Assembly (NCBI GenBank): GCA_905178155.1
Contig: CAJINV010000004.1
Location: 628,629-692,628 of the forward strand
Origin: Amoebophrya sp. A120
Lineage: Eukaryota; Protista; Dinoflagellata
Direction of reading: 5' to 3'
Length of the DNA: 64,000 bases
Shown here piece by piece: positions 59,122 to 64,000 of the stretch (positions are counted from its first letter, which is position 1; each line of letters begins with the position of its first letter). Below the pieces are notes generated by a model. That model saw only the letters and a program-made list of their open reading frames with translations, had not been told where the DNA came from and made no database searches. Made by a program: the position numbers and the translations under genes.

Positions 59122-60361
59122 GATGGTTTTTTGTTTTTGCTTTAGCTCGACCCCAGCCTGCTTTTATTTTACGTGGTAGAGCAAGTACTTCTTCTTCAGG
59201 TCGGCCTCTCTGTCTTTGCAGAGGTTGGCGCGGCCTACTTCTCGTGTGTCATTCCAGAGCTCCTCGTTCCGGGCACGACCGCCTATTCTTAAGCCCCCTA
59301 CAGAACTGAACCACTAGAAACAAAAACACTTTTCAAATAGGAAGTGACGCCAACGAAGAACCACGACACACATGTTCTTCATATCTCGTCTCCAGTTCTC
59401 AGCTCTCTCACAATAATTGCGGCTCCGGAATACGAATACCACAGTATTGGTATTCATTCGCGCAGGTCCTGCAGCTCTTCACAGGAGAGGTTGAAAGAGA
59501 CCGCTCGGGTTACAGCTCTCGACGGCCGCCCAAGTTGTATTCTTGTCGTTCCCAAATAGTACCTACTAATATGCTGTTGGTACGATCATCTTCTAGTTCT
59601 ACAGGCAGGCATATGAAAACGATAATGCCTCTGGAGATCCGCTCATCCAGCCCCGTTCCTCACATGTTGTTTACTTCTAAATACATCGGTGAAGAAGAAC
59701 AAGAACGAAAAGCAGTTACGTTCTAGCAGTGACGAGCGAAGCCGTTTTCTTTGTGGCTTGTGGATTTTTCTTCAAAAGGATTCAGAAAACAAAAGTTAAA
59801 GTTCTCAGTAGGTCTAGCAGTTTCATTTGCAAGAAAGTAGCCTACACATCCGTTGATTCAGATAGAGAAGAGATGAAAAAGAGAAGTTCTTGGAAACCGC
59901 GGGTGAGGGCAAACAGCGGTTTTTCATAGGCGGCGCTGAAGTTTGTATTTTATTTTTTCGGATACGAGTACCCTGCAAATTCAACCTTTTTTTTCAGTCG
60001 AGCGGGGTAGAAGGTGAATTCGCGTATTACGCGCATCCTGCTACATTAGAAATAGAAAACGAGCTCATAGCCAGAAAAATTGCAAAATTCAACAAAGTTG
60101 TTTTTTGACACGACGCACCTGAGCTTCGCATACGGTTATTGTTATAATTTGTAGAATCAATCATACATACTGAAGACTACTCTTACGCCTTACGTTGTAC
60201 TCTTACGCCTTACGTTATATTTGCCAGTCTGCGCGATTGGAGAACAGCTGTTTGATGTGCTACTCATAAATTTCCCGTCGCCGTTGGGATTTTCATGATT
60301 CATTGACGAGGTTCACGTAGTTGTATACTTAATCTTTAAGGTCTTCACCTCAAAAATACAC

Positions 60362-61074
60362 CTACTTTTTTGTCAAAGCCACGGCCCGGTTCCTGCGAGA
60401 GTACCACGTCCGCCGCTGCGCTTCCAGTTTCTCGATTTTGTCCTGATGCAGCTTCAAACAGGGTCTGCACATCGCTTTCTCCGGCGTGGCCGCACCGCAG
60501 GTACAGTAGGTTAAGTCGCCGATCTGATGCCGCAATGTCGCCAGCTGTTGGCTTATGGAAGTAGCGTCAGGCTTGAAATTCAAATTGCCCAAGTTGAAAA
60601 AGTTTGTCATCCTTCAAATGCTATTTTGTCATGCGACGCTTAGATGAATGTGAGATGAAACTGGGCAGCTTACTTACAAGCGGTATCGACTTTATGCGTT
60701 GCCAACTATTTCAACTTTGTCCTCGATTATTTCGATCCTGACACTCTCATATGGTTGATGTTTTCGATCTCCGAATCTTCCTTGGTTTTCAGTTTCGCCG
60801 CCGCGATCGTCAGATGCTTGTTCGGACAGATGAGCACGTACTCCGAGTGCTGCAGCGACAAAACCCGCGGACGCTGGGAGAGGGCGTTCGGACCCACCGA
60901 AGCGGAGATCAGAGACAAGGCCGAGGAGCTGCTGCCCGTGTGATCCTTGCACGCCGTTTTTTTTTGCTTCATCAGCATGATCGCCTTGTACTTCTCAATG
61001 TTGGTTTTTTCCAGTTTTTTGACCGGTTTTGGCTTGCTGTTCAGCGCCATTTGCGCGAAAAAGGAAGAGGACAT
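60362..61074 (-). CDS. Shorter paralog of the 56566-59121 gene, 2 exons
   Basis: Near-identical C-terminal region (SALSLISASVGPNALSQRPRVL..YCTCG..CRPC..ALTKK*); many differences are synonymous; the start at 61074 is tentative. Confidence 0.75.
60554..60751. mobile_element. Introner at the same site as 56758-56961
   Basis: Same position and sequence family; DR tggct/tggtt. Confidence 0.9.
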
Positions 61075-61655
61075 TCTGAACAGGAATTGTTTTTCTACGT
61101 CTTTTATATTTATTTCGTCTTCGCCTTCGGAACAAAATTTTCTCGTTCTCCCTACGTTTGGTGAAGATGAAGCACAAGCAATTGAGCAGCCATGACGAAG
61201 GCACCCGGTCGTCCCTCAGGCAACTTCTAGCTTTTTTTGTGTACAACGCACGTTTGCCTGATTCGATGATGTGATCCACCAAGACGGGTCATAATCGTGT
61301 TTCTCTTTTTTCTCCTTCAATTTCTCTTCGACCTCACTGGAACTTCGGAATCATCATGAGCACAACGCAACACAACAAGACGATCTTCACCCTCACGGCA
61401 CCTACTCTCGATCACAACCCATACCCACCCTAGTACCTAAAAAATGAAAATCCGTCACGACCTACTCTGAAGAGCGAAAATTATGATTTTATTTTCCATA
61501 CAACAGACGATGATGGTGATATTCATATTGTTGATGATGCGACAGATTATCTTTCAGCAGCATGATGTGGACATCCATTCACATTGCCGACCCGTGAGCT
61601 GCAGCAGGTTAGTTCCTGCGGCGAAGAACACGAAGCAGTCTAAGACAGGTCAAAA

Positions 61656-63074
61656 ATGGACGTCCTCGGTTGCCTTGTTCCCGAAGGTGAAATTGGTCGC
61701 GCCGCAGCAAGCCGGGCAGCTACGTGGAGTGGGCCGGCCGGCTGCTCGCGGTCGGTGGGCGGCCAGTTGCTTGGCTGTGCAGGGTAGGTCGGTCCGCCGC
61801 GCGGGGCGGTGGCGCGAGTGTGTGGGGCCCGAATACAGGCGGACCGCGCAACGGAGATCCCCCGCGCTATGTGTTTGGGCCAGGTTCCCACGCCTGGTGG
61901 AGGTCGCTGGCCGCTGGTGCACGGGGCCCCCACCTGGTCGGCCGCCTCCCAGCCCCCAACGAACCTGCATGGGTAGGCGGTGGGGCGCGCGCGGGCCGTT
62001 CGGGCACATGAGCCGAGTACTCGCGCCCCACATGTAGTGGGCCAGCGAGGAGGGCGGCGCCGGCCTGGGGGGCATGTGGCCACGAGGGGCGGGGGACAGC
62101 GTGGGCGCGCCGGCAAGTCGGCGACAACAGCTGGCTCCTTCGCTCTATTTGATGACGGGCCCACCACTAATCGCATGGACGTCCTCGGTTGCCTTGTTCC
62201 CGAAGGTGAAATTGGTCGGCGTGGACGACCACACAAGCGCAGTGGCCCCAGGTTGTCCGGCTTCCAGCCATCCACTCCAAGCGATGCCACAGGCCTTCGC
62301 GCTTCGATGCGCTTTGCCAAAACACGAAGAAGGACAGAGGGCGCGCGGCATTTATTGCTGGCCCTAGCTGGCGAATGAAAGATGAATAATACGCGCGCGC
62401 GCCTCCAGAATACCTTTGCCGCTGCTGCTGTGGGGGCTACCTGGCGGCAATTTTCAGGCATGCTGGCGGTCGAGTGGCCCCGGCCCTAGGCTCGGAGCGT
62501 GGCTTCGCCCCCGGTTGACATTTCGAAGCGTCATTTATGGGGGAGGCCAATTTCAAAACGAAATTCATCCCACAGGCCAATTTCAAAACGTGATTCAAAT
62601 TTCCCGCCAATTTCAAAACGTATTTCAAATTCCCCGCCAATTTCAAAACGAAATTCAAATCTCCGTTCAATTTCCGTTCAAAATCCGTTCAAAGCCCCTT
62701 CCCCATATATAGGGCCTAACTTTCGACGTGAAACGCCTCTCCATTCTCGCGGAAGCACTACGTTTGCGCGAGAATGGCAAAGAATTTCATGCAGATGCGA
62801 AGCCCACCACGAGAATCATTCTCGCGCCGCAAGTTATGGGAGCCTGCCCGCAGCAACCCGGAAGCACACGGAAAATGCCCGGGGCCTGGGGGAAAACTGC
62901 TGGCGCTTGCCAAAAATGCAGCGCGCCGACGGCAATACCGGGGCCGGCCAGAAGGCCAGAGGGAGGGCGGGAGGCTGCAGGCGCCCTTGTCGTCGGAGGG
63001 AGGGCGGTATTGCGGGAGTCTGCAGGGCGGGAGGCTGCAGGGCATTGCCTTGTTCCCGAAGGTGAAATTGGTCG
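61656..63074 (+). repeat. Three dispersed direct repeats (44, 44 and 30 bp)
   Basis: atggacgtcctcggttgccttgttcccgaaggtgaaattggtcg at 61656-99 and 62175-218; its 3' 30 bp at 63045-74. Confidence 0.9.
62546..62665. repeat. 30-bp tandem repeat (GCCAATTTCAAAACG..ATTCAAA..) x4
   Basis: Read directly. Confidence 0.9.
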
Positions 63075-64000
63075 TGTGTTTTTTCACTGCGACGCGTTCC
63101 GATGAGATAACTAAAAGCGGAATTTCGTGGAATTTTGCGTCTCGAAAATTGGCAGCAGGGCGCTACGTCCCTCGCCCTGGCAACATTGGTCCATTGGGTA
63201 GACCTGCGCGATGTTTTCTCGCCCTGGCCCCCAGCCGTTCTTTGTGTATTTTTTCTTCTCGGCGTGCCCTTTTTTCCAGGTGCGCCGATTTTGTGTCATG
63301 GGCCAGAAACGATACCCGGGGGGAGCGCGTAAGCGCCAACTCGCACCAAGATAAAGCTTCGCGGGCTCTCAGGGCAATAACAGTCGGAAGCCATGCAGCG
63401 CCTCTCCTTCAGTATTACCATATGCGTGGGGTCCGACAAGGGCCACAAATTCTGCGCCAGTGGCCGGCGAATACGCCAGAAGGACCACGCAGAAGTTTTC
63501 TTTTTGCCCTTTCGGATTCCTTCCTTGGCGAGGCCCCTGGCTACGTTCGCGGGACCCCCTGCCTTCCAAATGCAAATCTTTGGAATTTGCTTGGAATTTG
63601 CTGGCTTTTTCGTTGGAGTTTTCTGGGTTTTTTTTGGAATTCGAAGCACTTTTTTTGGATTTTGTCTGGAATTTTTTTGGAATTTCGCTAAGAGAATTCG
63701 GGAATTTCGTCATAGCGTCGTGGCTGGCAAATTCCAGATAAATTCCAAATGAATTCCAGACAAATTTCCTACACAAGGAAAACAAAAAGAAAACAAATTT
63801 CTGGCAAATGTCAAACATGAGGATCCAGAGGACTAACACGACCTCCGACCTAGGTCGCGACCTAGGTCGCGACCCACCCGGAAGCAACCACAAGACAACA
63901 CAACTCTTCCAAAGTCCGGGGCACAAATATCCGATATGGCACTACACCCAAGCGGCACATTGCACTACCGGGCGCCAGAATAGGGGCAACAGGCGAAAAA

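Noticed and set aside
1-64000. Dinoflagellate spliced-leader relics, tRNA or rRNA genes
   Set aside because: No convincing match to CCGTAGCCATTTTGGCTCAAG, a cloverleaf or rRNA signatures seen by eye; tRNAscan/Infernal would be needed to exclude them.

Overview
Eukaryotic (protist) genomic DNA. The architecture matches what is reported for the parasitic dinoflagellate Amoebophrya (Syndiniales); that assignment is an inference. The ORF track is fragmented because the real genes are split by about 40 short (110-351 bp) non-canonical introner-type elements. Most start TAT and end ATA, carry terminal inverted repeats (TIRs) from several families, and are flanked by 5-bp direct repeats (DRs) rather than GT-AG. 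Removing each element plus one DR copy by hand rebuilds five in-frame genes: a multi-WW-domain membrane protein (21910-31251, +; one junction unresolved), a SET-domain methyltransferase (35820-38267, +), a GH38 lysosomal-type alpha-mannosidase (39152-46262, +) and two paralogous Cys-cluster proteins of unknown function (56566-59121 and 60362-61074, -). One paralog lacks an element present in the other (empty site with a single DR copy), and copies of the same family sit in both orientations within one gene. The rest of the window is nested GC-rich repeats: a 5.16-kb TIR element with a 5-bp target duplication and an introner-like terminal consensus, Helentron-like (HINE) elements, satellites and palindromic motif arrays. 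No rRNA, tRNA, CRISPR array or recognisable transposase was seen.
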